From assembly GCF_009914755.1 (NCBI RefSeq), contig NC_060934.1: a DNA stretch of 64,000 bases; one strand, written 5' to 3'. Of the stretch, positions 1 through 12,554 are shown in pieces. The translations under genes were made by a program, and so were the position numbers. Under the pieces are notes generated by a model. That model was given only the letters and a program-made list of their open reading frames with translations. It was not told the DNA's origin and ran no database searches. Source of the DNA: the human T2T-CHM13v2.0 reference genome, Homo sapiens. Every line of letters starts with the position of its first letter. Positions within the stretch are counted from its first letter, which is position 1.

Positions 1-157
1 CGTCTTGACAAGGGAAGCAGCCTGAATGTAAAATCCCTACAGTTTATTTTCTGTTTTACATAAAATGTTATCCTGAACCTTCTAATCAAGGATTCCAGTA
101 CTGTGAGGCCAGGTCGTTGAGCAGTGTTTCCTCCATGGGAGCTTCCTGCAGAGAAGT

Positions 158-1867
158 GATGTGTGCCTGTGTGTGTACCCATGCTCATCTGTGTGTGTAC
201 CTGCATGTGTGTGCATGTGGGTGTGCGTGTGTGTACCCGTGCTCATCTGTGTGTGTCCCTGCATGTGTGTGCATGTGGGTGTGTGTGTACTCGTGCTCAT
301 CTGTGTGTCCTTGCATGTGTGTGCGTGTGGGTGTGCATGTGTGTACCCGTGCTCATCTGTGTGTGTGCATGTGGGTGTGTGTGTGTACCCGTGCTCATCT
401 GTGTGTGTCCCTGCATGTGTGTGCGTGGGTGTGCGTGTGTGTACCCGTGCTCATCTGTGTGTGTGCATGTGTGTGTGTGTGTGTGTACCCGTGCTCATCT
501 GTGTACCTGCACGTGTGTGCATGTGGGTGTGTGTGTGTACCCGTGCTCATCTGTGTGTGTGCATGTGGGTGTGTGTGTGTGTACCTGCATGTGTGTGCAT
601 GTGGGTGTCTGTATGTGTGTACCCGTGCTCATGTGTGTGTGCATGTGGGTGTGTGTGTACCTGTGCTCATCTGTGTGTGTACCTGCATGTGTGTGCATGT
701 GTGTGTGCCTGCATGTGTGTGCGTGTGTACCCGTGCTCATCTGTGTGTGTCCCTGCATGTGTGTGCATGCGGGTGTGTGTGTGTGTACCTGCGTGGGTGT
801 GCGTGGGTGTACCTGCATGTGTGTGCATGTGGGTGTGTGTGTGTGCCTGCATGTGTGTGCATGTGGGTGTGGGTGTGTCTGCATGTGTGTGCATGTGGGT
901 GTGCGTGTGTGTACCCGTGCTCATCTGTGTGTGTGCATGTGGGTGTGTGTGTACCTGCATGTGTGTGCATGTGGGTGTGTGTGTACCCATGCTCATCTGT
1001 GTGTGTACCTGCATGTGTGTGCGTGTGTGTGTGCCTGCATGTACCCGTGCTCATCTGTGTGTGTGCATGTGGGTGTGTGTGTACCTGCATGTGTGTGCAT
1101 GTGGGTGTGTGTGTACCCGTGCTCATCTGTGTGTGTACCTGCATGTGTGTGCATGTGGGTGTGTGCCTGCATGTACCCGTGCTCATCTGTGTGTGTGCAT
1201 GTGGGTGTGTGTGTACCTGCATGTGTGTGCATGTGGGTGTGCGTGTACCTGCATGTGTGTGCATGTGGGTGTGCGTGTACCTGCATGTGTGTGCATGTGG
1301 GTGTGCGTGTGTGTACCCGTGCTCATCTGTGTGTGTGCATGTGGGTGTGTGTGTGTGTACCTGCATGTGTGTGCATGTGGGTGTGGGTGTGTACCTGCAT
1401 TGTGTGCATGTGGGTGTGCGTGTGTGTACCTGCATGTGGGTGTGCGTGTGTGTACCCGTGCTCATCTGTGTGTGCATGTGTGTGTGTACCCGTGCTCATC
1501 TGTGTGCATGTGGGTGTGTGTGTGTGTACCCGTGCTCCTCTGTGTGCATGTGGGTGTGTGTGTGTACCCATGCTCATCTGTTTGTGTACCTGCATGTGTG
1601 TGCGTGTGTGTGTGTGTGTACCTGTGCTCTTCTGTGTATGTGCATGTGGGTGTGTGTGTGTACCCGTGCTCCTCTGTGTGCATGTGGGTGTGTGTGTGTG
1701 TACCCGTGCTCGTCTGTGTGTGTACCTGTATGTGTGTGCATGTGGGTGTGTGTGTGTGTGTACCCGTGCTCATCTGTGTGTGTGCATGTGTGTGTGTGTG
1801 TACCCGTGCTCATCTGTGTGTGTACCTGCATGTGTGTGCATGTGGCTGTGTGTGTGTACCTGTGTGC
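158..1867. repeat. Complex (TG)n-derived minisatellite/VNTR, about 1.7 kb
   Basis: Irregular concatenation of the modules GTACCCGTGCTCATCT, GTACCTGCAT and GTGCATGTGG separated by (TG)n runs. Confidence 0.97.
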
Positions 1868-2337
1868 TGAGGTGTTGGTTTCAAGTAAAGACACTTTTAT
1901 TTGCAGAGATTCTTACTCTCAGAAGCTCAAACAAACCCATATTCCTATCCCAGTTGACACATTCAGCAGAAACAAGCTCCCAAGCCCACACAGCACAAGA
2001 GTCAGCCACCGAGGAGGCATTTTAGGTCCTGATTGGAGTTGGTCACTGATAACTGTTACTTTTATTACCACATCCTTCTGCCCCCATATGCTGCCCTTTG
2101 TGTTGAATAAACAACATGAATGTTTAGAAGCTGGATCAGGTGGGTTTTTGAAGAAGGTTATTGCCTTCATGTGGTAAGATACTTGAAACTGTCTGGAGAC
2201 AGCTTGTTGAGAGACCCTTAAGTATTCTTTGACACCTTTGCTTCAATACCAGCTTCAAAATGAAGGGTTTGCATCACTTTCCCTGTACATTCCCATTCTT
2301 TGTGAGGCATTGCACGTTTGCGTTCTGGAGCTGAGAG

Positions 2338-2590
2338 TGAGCTAACATTGGGCATGCCTCCCAGCACCAGGCACTGCTGTGGGGATGTCACGTGCCATCA
2401 CGTCCTTCATACCCTCAGCAGCCCTCTGGGACAGCTGCTGTGTTTAGGCCCACTTTACACATGGGAAAATTGAGGCATGGAGGTTGGGTCACGTGCCAAA
2501 AGACAGAGAGCTGGGCGGTGTTAGTGCCAAAATTTAACCCCAGAGCATCCACCCCAGAGCCGTGCCTGAGCCACCTAGCTACCCTGCCTC
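2338..2590 (-). mobile_element. MIR SINE, old
   Basis: CCCACTTTACACATGGGAAAATTGAGGCATGGAGG...GTCACGTGCC resembles the reverse complement of the MIR core. Confidence 0.75.
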
Positions 2591-4526
2591 TTGGTCTTAA
2601 GTAGGTCTCCTATTTCCCAAGAGAGTGTTAGGAGTTTTTGTTTTGTCTTTATTCGAGTGTCCATAAAACATAACAACTTTTCCACAAGGTTTACTGCTTA
2701 CGTGAGTGAATTTTGAGTGTGGAATTCATTACATTGCTACTTACTTTCTTCACCTTTAGAAGTGTATGCACCATTTATCAATGTGTTTTATAAGAGCGAA
2801 TCTTACTGTGCAGTCTAGAAAAATCACGTCTCCCTAGCATTGTCATAAAGTAATCCTCTTATGGAAATTGCAGATACCATATTCTATGTCTTTATCTACC
2901 TGCCATATATGTGTATATATAGTTTGCCTCTTACTAGATTAATATTTTATGTGTTGCCAGACTTCCCTGCTCCCTCCACCCCTTAACAAGTACCAGAGAC
3001 TTCCTTGCCTCGGCTGGAGGAGCAGTGGTTCCAGAAGCTTCTGGAGTCTGTATTTCAGTTTTAATGGCACAGCTGGACATGTAGTTTTACCACCTACGGC
3101 TTAGAAATGGACAAAATCAGCCTCTGTGGTCTCTTATGTATTTGTGTGCTTGTTTGTCTTTGTCTCTGTGAACATACCTTTTCTCGATACACGGGGCTTG
3201 TAAAATGTAATTAAAGACAATGTCTATTAGTTTTGGTGATATAACTTGTAAATCAAGAATCAAAATTACAGGATTTAATGACTATCCCAAAGTACGGTGT
3301 TCACTTGGTTATGTCCAAGATGGGAACTGATAGGCGATGGCCTGACATTATAGCTGTGCTCTAGGATATGAGAGTACCAGATGGCAAGATGACATTTAAG
3401 ATGAGCACAGCACAGAAACAGTAGAAGTGTGCTTTTGTGCTAGCACCCAGAAGTGCTTTATAATCTTCCCAGAGGGGAGCAGCTGCTAAGGTTTCACTGA
3501 AGCTCTCAGGTTCTGTTGGAAGCACAGACCTTTCCCTGTTGGCACCTACATGCTGGTATCCATCCTGGAACTCTTATTAGCTGACTTGCTCGTCACGCTT
3601 TGTGTGTGCAGCATAGTCTAAATGGCCAGCAATCATACCATGGCTATCATAGAATTCTCCTTGGTTGTTAATGAGAATGTGACCACTTGCTTGAATTTTT
3701 GTGTCTCTTCTAGTCTTAGGGTTTGCCTTCGTGCTCCAGTAGGGTGCTTGAGTTTATGTACTAATAACCCCTACTAGAATTTTAAGTGATAGGAATGACC
3801 TGGTAGGAAGTGAGTCTGCCAGGTAAACCGAATCCCTTTGTCACCTCGAAGAAACCGTTTCTTATTAACTGCTTTACTTTTGCTTGAGAAAGGCATTTCT
3901 ACAACATGTGGTGGGTGAGAGAGAGGCCAGTACTGAATGTAATTTTCCCTATTTTGGAATTAGACTTTCTTGTTCGTATTGACTACATAGCGTGTAACAA
4001 AACCTTATCCACAGTTGTCAGCTACTGAGACTTGTAACGGAATTTTTAAAAATTCAACTACTCCAGCTCACAGCTTCCCTAGTCCTCCCTGCCTACTGTA
4101 CCCTCTGCTCTCAGGATAATAAAGACATGAAACCAGCATTTGCATTTCCTCAGAGCTAGTGTAGTTTGCAACTGTGATTATCAATCGCTTCCAGGCATTC
4201 CTCTCTGTTGGCATAGGTTTTGTGTTTGAGACTTCCTGTTCTTTTTCAGGCTAGGCTGGGACCTACGGGAAATAATGATTAGTGTTTTGAAGCCCACACA
4301 CTTTCATAGAGGACTTGGTATGTCTTGCAAGTAAAGGTTCATATAACATGAATATAAAATAGAATATGTAAAATTGTAGAGAAAACGATGCTTTCTAGAA
4401 GTTGAAATACTCAAAGCTGACTGCAGGATAAAACATAAAGGCAAATAAGACGGTTGCCGGGTTCTCACTGGTTGGTGAAAATGATCCTTGCCATTTATCA
4501 CGGGAAGCTGGCAGTTTACAATGTAG

Positions 4527-4832
<306 letters not shown>

Positions 4833-6340
4833 TGATGTAGATCTTTATATAGGAGACACTGAACAGGAGAAGATCATAGGGAAGGAATCAGTTGAGAATT
4901 CAAAATTCTGCCCATAGAAAACAGAAGAGATTATTCTCTCAGTTAGGAAATGCGTAAGATGTTACCAGTCAGCATGTTGGTTATAACAGTGGTTGGTTAT
5001 AATTGGACTTGTCTGAAAGACTAGCTCATCAAATGAAGGGGATTTAGCTGACCTGATCCATTCAGTCTTGTCTAGTCGTTGACCATTTCAACATCAGAGA
5101 TTGTCAGTCAAAAACTATTGTTTGGTTTTGTTCTATCGGCAATCAATTAATCTTATACTTGTCCTTTCAAACTTTGAAATTTCATCCCGATTTGGAGTTT
5201 GTGAGATCATGTTGCTATTTATTTCCAGTGTCTGTGTGTTACACATTAAAAAAAAAAAATCATGGCCATATGGAGACCATCCCAAACAGATCAGGATGAT
5301 GCTTGCAGTCTGCAAAGGATGGAGGATTTTGATCTCTTGACCTCATTTTGACAACCACCTTGGCTCATTTCTCTGTGGCCTCTCCTCCTCTCCCCATGAT
5401 TCATCCTTCTTTCAACCAGGAAGTGTTTTCCTCAATCCATTGACGTAGCATATTACATTTTCACCAGCCTGCCATATATGATGTCTATGGACACCTCATA
5501 ATCACATGCAGCTCCTTTCATGAGGAAAATCGTCCATGCTTATTTCTGTAACTTAACAATTTCTCCCTTTTTAAATAGAATGCATTTCCTCACTTATAAG
5601 TATTATCTACCAGATGTATCAGAGTCCAGGATGGCAAGCTCTCTGCTATTTCTGCCAAAATTAATTTGGCTTATAGTCAGGACAGGAAAGGGCCTTAAGC
5701 CCTAGAAAGGGATTCCACCTTGGAGATGCCAGTTCCTTAAGGATAAGTCGTGTTGGTGCTCAGAAGGCAAATTTGCAGGGTAGGCTGTTTGCAGGTACTT
5801 TGCCATTTGCTTTCGTTGCCGTGAAGGAATTTGAGTCGTTGACCACACTGAGCTGAGGGCTTGGATCAGGGGAAAGGCACCGCTTGCCTTAGGATGGGAG
5901 AGAGGGAAAAATTAGTGCCCACGTGCAGGGGGCCTGCCCCCAGGACCATGGCACCAGTGGCAACCTGTGGATGGCCAAGTCAGGAGGACTGCGTGTTTTC
6001 TTTCCTGTTCTACCTCCGTCCAGAGAAGCACCTCTGCATCCCAATTAAGGGTGCATAGTTGAATATTCTTTGTGCAGGTTGAAATCATGGTTATAAAGCA
6101 TTTGGGGCTTGAGAAACTCTTGGATTATTACTTCTTAACATCTTTTTTCCTTTCTTTGAAGCCTGGATTTTAGTTGATGTTGTGACTTCTCATTTAATTT
6201 ATTTTTAATATTTATTGGCTTACTATTGAGGTTTTGCACAGCCAATGGCTTGATGATTTTAGGCACACTTTAGAATTATTTTTTTCCTTTGAAACAGTAT
6301 ACAGCAGTTGTTGACAGCAAAACACAACTAGCTAAGTACC

Positions 6341-6344
<4 letters not shown>

Positions 6345-6388
<44 letters not shown>
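6345..6388. repeat. (CA)18(TA)4 microsatellite
   Basis: Read directly. Confidence 0.98.
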
Positions 6389-6404
6389 GACTGTACTGAC
6401 TATA

Positions 6405-6567
6405 CATTTTGCTTTGCACTGAGAGATGTTTCATGCATAAAATAGAGAGGGCACTTGGCTTTGGTCCTCATAACATGAAGTGCCTCCTCTGGCATTAAGT
6501 GCCAGTGGAATGTGGCATTAACGCCAGCCAGGTGCTCACGATGAGATGTGCATGGTCTCTGAGAATT
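6405..6567 (+). repeat. Left arm of 163-bp inverted repeat (partner 7478-7640)
   Basis: CATTTTGCTTTG...TCTCTGAGAATT aligns without gaps to the reverse complement of 7478-7640; 142/163 identical by hand alignment. Confidence 0.95.
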
Positions 6568-7477
6568 TGGGGTGAAAAAAATAGCAATTGAAACTCAGTA
6601 TAGTGAAAACATTCTGGAATGAAGATTTCCCTAGAGTTCTCCATACCTGCATTTTACTACAGCTCATGCACTTAATAATATTGCTCTTTGAGCCTTCTTC
6701 CTCTCCAAGAAAACTGGCCTAACCTGAGACATTTCACAGCCCAGAGTCCCCAGTTTGCAGGCACCAGGGCCACAGTTCTCCTTCCTAGGCTGGTTAACTT
6801 GGGCTGTACCTGAGTGCATTTCTGGCAAGTCACCCAGAGAAACACATGAGACTTTTCTGGGGGCTGTGTTGGCCATTGTGATGCATCAGGATTTCAAGAC
6901 AGATACTGACTTGGATCCAGTAATGATGCTCTGGACCCTCCAGCAGGAAAAGGACCCCACTGGGGCTACATTGCTATGTCTATCATTTTAGTTTTATCTC
7001 CAGAGGTTGCTTTTAGAGGGGACACAGGGACATTGGCAGTTCTCTCTCAGCAGCTTTTGGGCCTAGATATGGTTGCAGATGGTGTATCAGAGCCCACTGC
7101 ACCTTGGGATGGAAACTGACCTACGACCAAATGCTACCTGTTCGAGTTCTGTTCATTCTTAAGGCCTAGTCATAAATTATTTCAGATACTTTCCATAACA
7201 GTTATTCTATTTCATGTCTGCTTTTGCTCTTTGCTTAATAACTAAAACAAATAATTTCCAGAGTTTTACCTGGTTGTTTATAACCAATGTATTGCACATA
7301 GCCTAGATATTTTAAACCGTGTCGTCTTATTCAGATTGCCTGTTTTAAATTTTAATTCAGAGATGAAAAATCAACCTACTCTCAAAGGAGTGGCAGTGAT
7401 GAAGAGCTCTCAGCAGGACTCTTATTTAGGGAAGCTTGCTTTAAAGGAAAGTTTGAAAAGGGCAAAGTCTGTTTAAG

Positions 7478-7640
7478 AATTCTCAGAGATCACGCGCACC
7501 TCGTCGGGAGTGCCTGGCTGGTACTGATGCCGCATCCCGCTGGCACTTAATGCCGGAGGAGGCACTTCATGTTACGAGGACCGAAGCCAAGTGCCCTCTC
7601 TATTTTATGCATGAAACATCTCTCCGCACAAAGCAAAATG
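7478..7640 (-). repeat. Right arm of 163-bp inverted repeat (partner 6405-6567), CpG-retaining
   Basis: AATTCTCAGAGA...CAAAGCAAAATG; 10 CpGs versus 2 in the left arm. Confidence 0.95.
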
Positions 7641-7841
7641 GAGGAGATACACTTTATTATGATCCTCCTCCCGGTCCTCTCATGCTAAGTTTTAACCTCC
7701 TGTGCTACTGGGACTTGGAAGAAGGTCTGTGCAGTATAGGACCCTCTGGTGTGGTGCTTTTACGTCTAGAACAGGAGGAAGAGGCAGCCAAGTGAACTGA
7801 GTCCTCGCAGGCTTGCCAGGCTGTGTCTTCCGTGTCTTTTT

Positions 7842-8037
7842 GATAGTTCTCAATGAAGGACAGTTGTTTCCCCTAGAGGAAAATCGACAATGTCCAGACA
7901 CGTTGTTGTCACAACTTGGGAAGAGAGGGCTGCTGGCATTTAGTGGGTAGAAACCAGGGATGCTACTAAACATCTTTTCATGCACGAGACAGCCCCCTGC
8001 CGCAAAGAGTCATTTCATCCATAATGTCACTAGTGTC
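7842..8037 (+). mobile_element. MER20 (hAT-Charlie non-autonomous DNA transposon)
   Basis: GTTGTCACAACTTGGG...GCTGGCATTTAGTGGGTAGAAACCAGGGATGCTACTAAACATC...GACAGCCCCC matches the MER20 consensus. Confidence 0.9.
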
Positions 8038-8114
8038 TCCATGTGATAGATGAAAAAACAGAGTCCAGAGTCTCAGTGATGCTCAGTAACTGTTAGAAAT
8101 ACATAGAAATATGT

Positions 8115-8534
<420 letters not shown>

Positions 8535-8896
8535 CTAGCTGCTGAAGATAGGACTGGTCTTCACTTATTAGGGGGGTGTCCGAGAATTGGAGGTGGTTTC
8601 CCCAAGTCGCTCTGCCAGGGGCTCCAGTGTCTTTGCAGGAGATTTTTGTGGGCTTTGATTTGGGGTGGTGTTTGGGAGCAAGATGGCATTGGAATCACAG
8701 TGACATGAATGTACATGCCAGGGCTGCCTCCAGTCCTGCCTGGCATGTGGGACACACGTTGAAAATATTAGCAAGAGCCTGTTCTCAGGGTGCTTGGGCT
8801 GCCAGCCTCTACACCCCAATTCTGCCGAGCCTGGGGTGAAAGAGTAGCCACAGGCCTTTCCTCTCTACCTCTCCCAGCCAGAGGCCACCTTCAGTA

Positions 8897-9120
8897 CAAG
8901 GGTTGGAAGCTGAGCCCTGGAGTCAGTTTGTCAGGTCAAATCCGTGCTCCACCACTTATGAGCTTTGTAAATTTAGTGTTGGGCAGATTTACCCCGTGCT
9001 GTAGTTTCTTCACCCGTAAATTAGAGACAGAAGTCAAGCCTCGCTGGAGTGTTTTGGGGGAATAAATGAGAAAGCGCATGTGGGGTGCTTTGTTCAGAGC
9101 CTGACCTCCAGTGACCTTGC
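8897..9120 (+). mobile_element. MIR SINE
   Basis: CTGGAGTCAG...CAAATCC...CCACTTA...AGTTTCTTCACCCGTAAA...AAATGAGA. Confidence 0.7.
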
Positions 9121-10469
9121 AACAAGCCATGTCTGTGACCCCCTCCATTTTTATGAAGATGACATGATAGTGTGTCATTGTCCCTCTGAATCTGAGAATT
9201 GAGCCCACAGGTAAGGGTGTGAAGCATAGACATTGCCCTGGAGATTCAGAGCACTTTGTACATGTATTGAGAAATTACATTATAAAAAAATACAATTCTT
9301 TGCTTTCATAGATTCACTCTCTTCTTGTGAGGATATTTGTATATATTCAAATTGCGGTTTCCCTTGATTTATAGGTAATTAAGTCAACCCATTTTGCTTG
9401 CTGTTTTCCTAGAAGCAGCATTTGTGAATTGCTTTATGTGACATGGCTGACACTCTGTCAAGCATAGGTCTTGTGCAGTTGTCTCTGTTCAGAAGCCAGT
9501 CACCAAAATGGTGGTCCTATCTGCCCTGGCATCTTGGAAGGACAGAGCTGCAGTCCCCAGAGAGGATCCTGTGTTGTCCCTCATGTGCAGATGAGGTTCT
9601 GAGATTCAGGGGGGTTGAATGAGTGGCTCCGGGCCCCCTGTGTGAGTAGCAGGAGAGACTGCAGAACTGGTTGCTCTTAAGCCACATCCAAGGCCAGGCA
9701 CATAAAATGTGGACAGTGACGCCCACCACCCATGCAGTCCTTGGGAAGCCCCGTTGGCATAACGAGAATAGAGAGCTTGACGAGGAGGTCCTCAGTGAAT
9801 GAATGCCAGCTCCTGACCACGCTCAGTTTTGGTAACAGTAAGTGGCACTGTCTACAGAGCCTCTCAGGAACCGGGGACTCCACCTGCCTCCTCTCCTTCT
9901 CCCACCCTCAGAGCCAATCATACACAGGACCCAGTGGATAGGACTGGAGTTCCGGAAGCCAGCTCCCCAGCGCCTCCTCCGAGCTGCCATCCTTCTCTCC
10001 TGTGGCAGGGGTGTCTTCCTCTGAAATCAGTGTCCATCTCAGTCCTGGCCGCACCTCCACAGGCTCCCGATGTCTGGCAAGAAAAGCTAAGCAGGGACTT
10101 CCAAACGTGTTTGAACAAAACTCCAATGAAGAAAAACATTTCCAATCACTGCTCGATGCACTTCCCACCCCCATCAAGGTGTAACTCAGCGAGAATTCCT
10201 TACTGTGCAGAGCCCTCCGATGTTTTTATTCTGTTCTGTTCTGTTCTATTCCATCCCATCCATTCTATCCCTTTTCACTTAATAAGTAAATAAATACAAT
10301 TTCGCATTCTTCCCATTCTATTGATTTCGTGCTCCACTGAATGAATCACAGCTGATGCCAGCCTGTGCCACCCAGCACAGAAAATGCCACATGGCTGACT
10401 TTCCTCCCTCCCTCCCTCCCTCTCTTCCTTCCTTCCTTCCTCTTTCCCAGTGTCCTTGCCTGTGTGTGG

Positions 10470-10862
10470 CGTGGTCATTATTTTTCATTTTAGCCATTCT
10501 CATGGATGTGCAGTGGTGTGTAGGCAGGGGAGCTGTGTGTCTTCAGCTTCTGTAGGAGCTGCCAACTTCCTTTCCAACAAGACTTCAGAGAAGGCTTCAC
10601 TGCTGTCCAGAGTTGTTCATTCTACCTTTTTACACGTCCCTGTCCCCCAAGCAGTGTTCATGTTGCTATGCAGCCTCAGTCATACTTTGTAACATCAGAC
10701 TGATTTTTCTTTATCCAGTCTGGTGGTGTGTAGTGAGATTGTGTTAAACTCGCCTTTCCTTAATATCTGATTAGGTTGAGCACATTTTTATTTTTGAGAA
10801 ATTATCATTATTTTCTCTTGTATTCAAGACTCTTGTCCCTTTTTTCTATGCTTAACAAAAGT

Positions 10863-10901
<39 letters not shown>

Positions 10902-11050
10902 ATATATACACACACACACATATATAAATGTATCTGTGTTCTAGATAAGATCCTTGGGTCAGGTATCTGTGCTGTAGATATCTTTCTCCACTCAGTGACT
11001 GCAGGATTTTTTTTTTGTCACTTAATAGTGTTCTTTGTTGGATGACATTT
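10470..11050 (-). mobile_element. Old L1M fragments
   Basis: TTTTAGCCATTCTCATGGATGTGCAGTGG and GATTAGGTTGAGCACATTTT resemble antisense L1 ORF2 3' region. Confidence 0.6.
10862..10927. repeat. (TA)(TG)n(TA)(CA)n(TA) self-complementary microsatellite
   Basis: Read directly. Confidence 0.95.
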
Positions 11051-12554
11051 AAAATGTCTTTTGAAGACACTTGCAGAAAGAACCTGAATGGACTCACCTG
11101 CTGGTGACTGTCTGGGTAGCAAGGCTCAGCATGCTTGCTATGTGGAAGCTTCACGAAATGCCGTTTAAAAAATAAAATTATCTTCAAAACCAAACATGCA
11201 ATTCCACCATTCTTTGTCAAGCTCCTGCTATTTTTTCAACACGAAATTGGAAATAAAGTTGAATAATATACTTTCTCCATCTTCAAGAAAGCCTGACTGT
11301 GATATACTTAAATTTTTAAAAATTCACTTATGTAATACATCTTCAGGTCTATAAAAAAATGATAATGTTTAATTGTAATTTTTCCATGGAACCGAAATGT
11401 TAACAGCATTGTGACATTTTCTATACATTGTTTTTCATGCAAGACCCTTCTGTGTGGCACTTAATATTTGTCATGTGCGATTTTGTGCATTTGTGCATGG
11501 GTCTTTGGCACTGGGGGGGATATCTCTTCTGAACATTTCAGTGGCTGCACTGTACACTGTCCCATTACCCAACACACAGTAGGTGCTCAACAGGCAGTGA
11601 CTGTGTAACTGCTGGGCTGAAAGAAGGTGTATCCCTAGGAAATGTTCTAGGAACAAAGTGAACCAATAAAATACATGAAATACTTTTGTAGCAGTTCATT
11701 TTGGAGAATAAAAGGCAGTTACTCTTTTTATATTTGAGTCCACAAAGAAACAATTGCAGCTATAAATATGCAGTGAACAAATACCTCTTATTCTCTTTAA
11801 GATCTATATTAGCCAGAGCTAATTCCTTAATTGAATGTTGTTCTAAATTTACCACCAAAATGCATGAGGGCGATCTGTGTTTGTATGTTTCAGCCAACTG
11901 CATGACATCAGTTCCATCACAACTGCAGGAGGATGGAGGAAGGCTGCTGTGCACGATTACTTGCTGTTTTGTGGTCAACCTTTCCCATAAGACTTCAGAG
12001 AAGGTTTTTACTTAATACTGTACCTGTCAAATTCCCAGAGCTGCAAGTAAATTGAAGATACAAATTATGTTGTAAAGTGAAATATTTTGTGTTATTCGCG
12101 TTATTCTGCAGTTTGGTTGATTTAGGAAGAAAATGAACTCTGACAGCTTGATCTTTTCAGTTCAGTGGATTCTAATGTTTCAAAACAAAAGACCTGCACT
12201 GAAGCCTCTTTCCTCCATGCTTTGGCAGAGACACCACTGTGAGCTCTTCTTCATGCTCAAACCTCGGCAGCTACCGGCTCCATGTCATGGACACACAGAG
12301 TCCTAGGAAGAGATAGATTCTGCTAAATGCTAATGTTTGTAAATATAAATATTAACCATACCCCAAAAGGGAAGGAGTTCTTTTGCTGGCTGACTGAATG
12401 GGTAGCTTTTAGCACCTGCCACTTTTCTCAGCATGCAATCTATTTTTTATAGACAGAAAAAATCTCTTTTTCTAGTTTTTCTGGTTTGCTGCTGTTGCCT
12501 CAGTGATATTGCTTGGGATGCAGAGGTTTGGCAAAGAGGTTGGAGGAGCACCCC

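Noticed and set aside
158-1867. CRISPR-like repeat/spacer appearance of the recurring GTACCCGTGCTCATCT word
   Set aside because: The spacers are themselves repetitive TG sequence, there are no cas genes, and the context is primate DNA.
117-2177. 686/569/620-aa Cys/Val-rich ORFs in all three + frames and His/Thr-rich ORFs on the minus strand
   Set aside because: Artefact of the TG repeat, whose words contain no + strand stop codon. All three frames being open argues against coding, and the metallothionein/keratin-associated look is purely compositional.
6405-7640. Interpretation as a DNA transposon with 163-bp TIRs
   Set aside because: No TSD is visible (GACTATA versus GAGGAGA), there is no transposase remnant and I recognise no family. 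Not fully excluded without a Dfam search.
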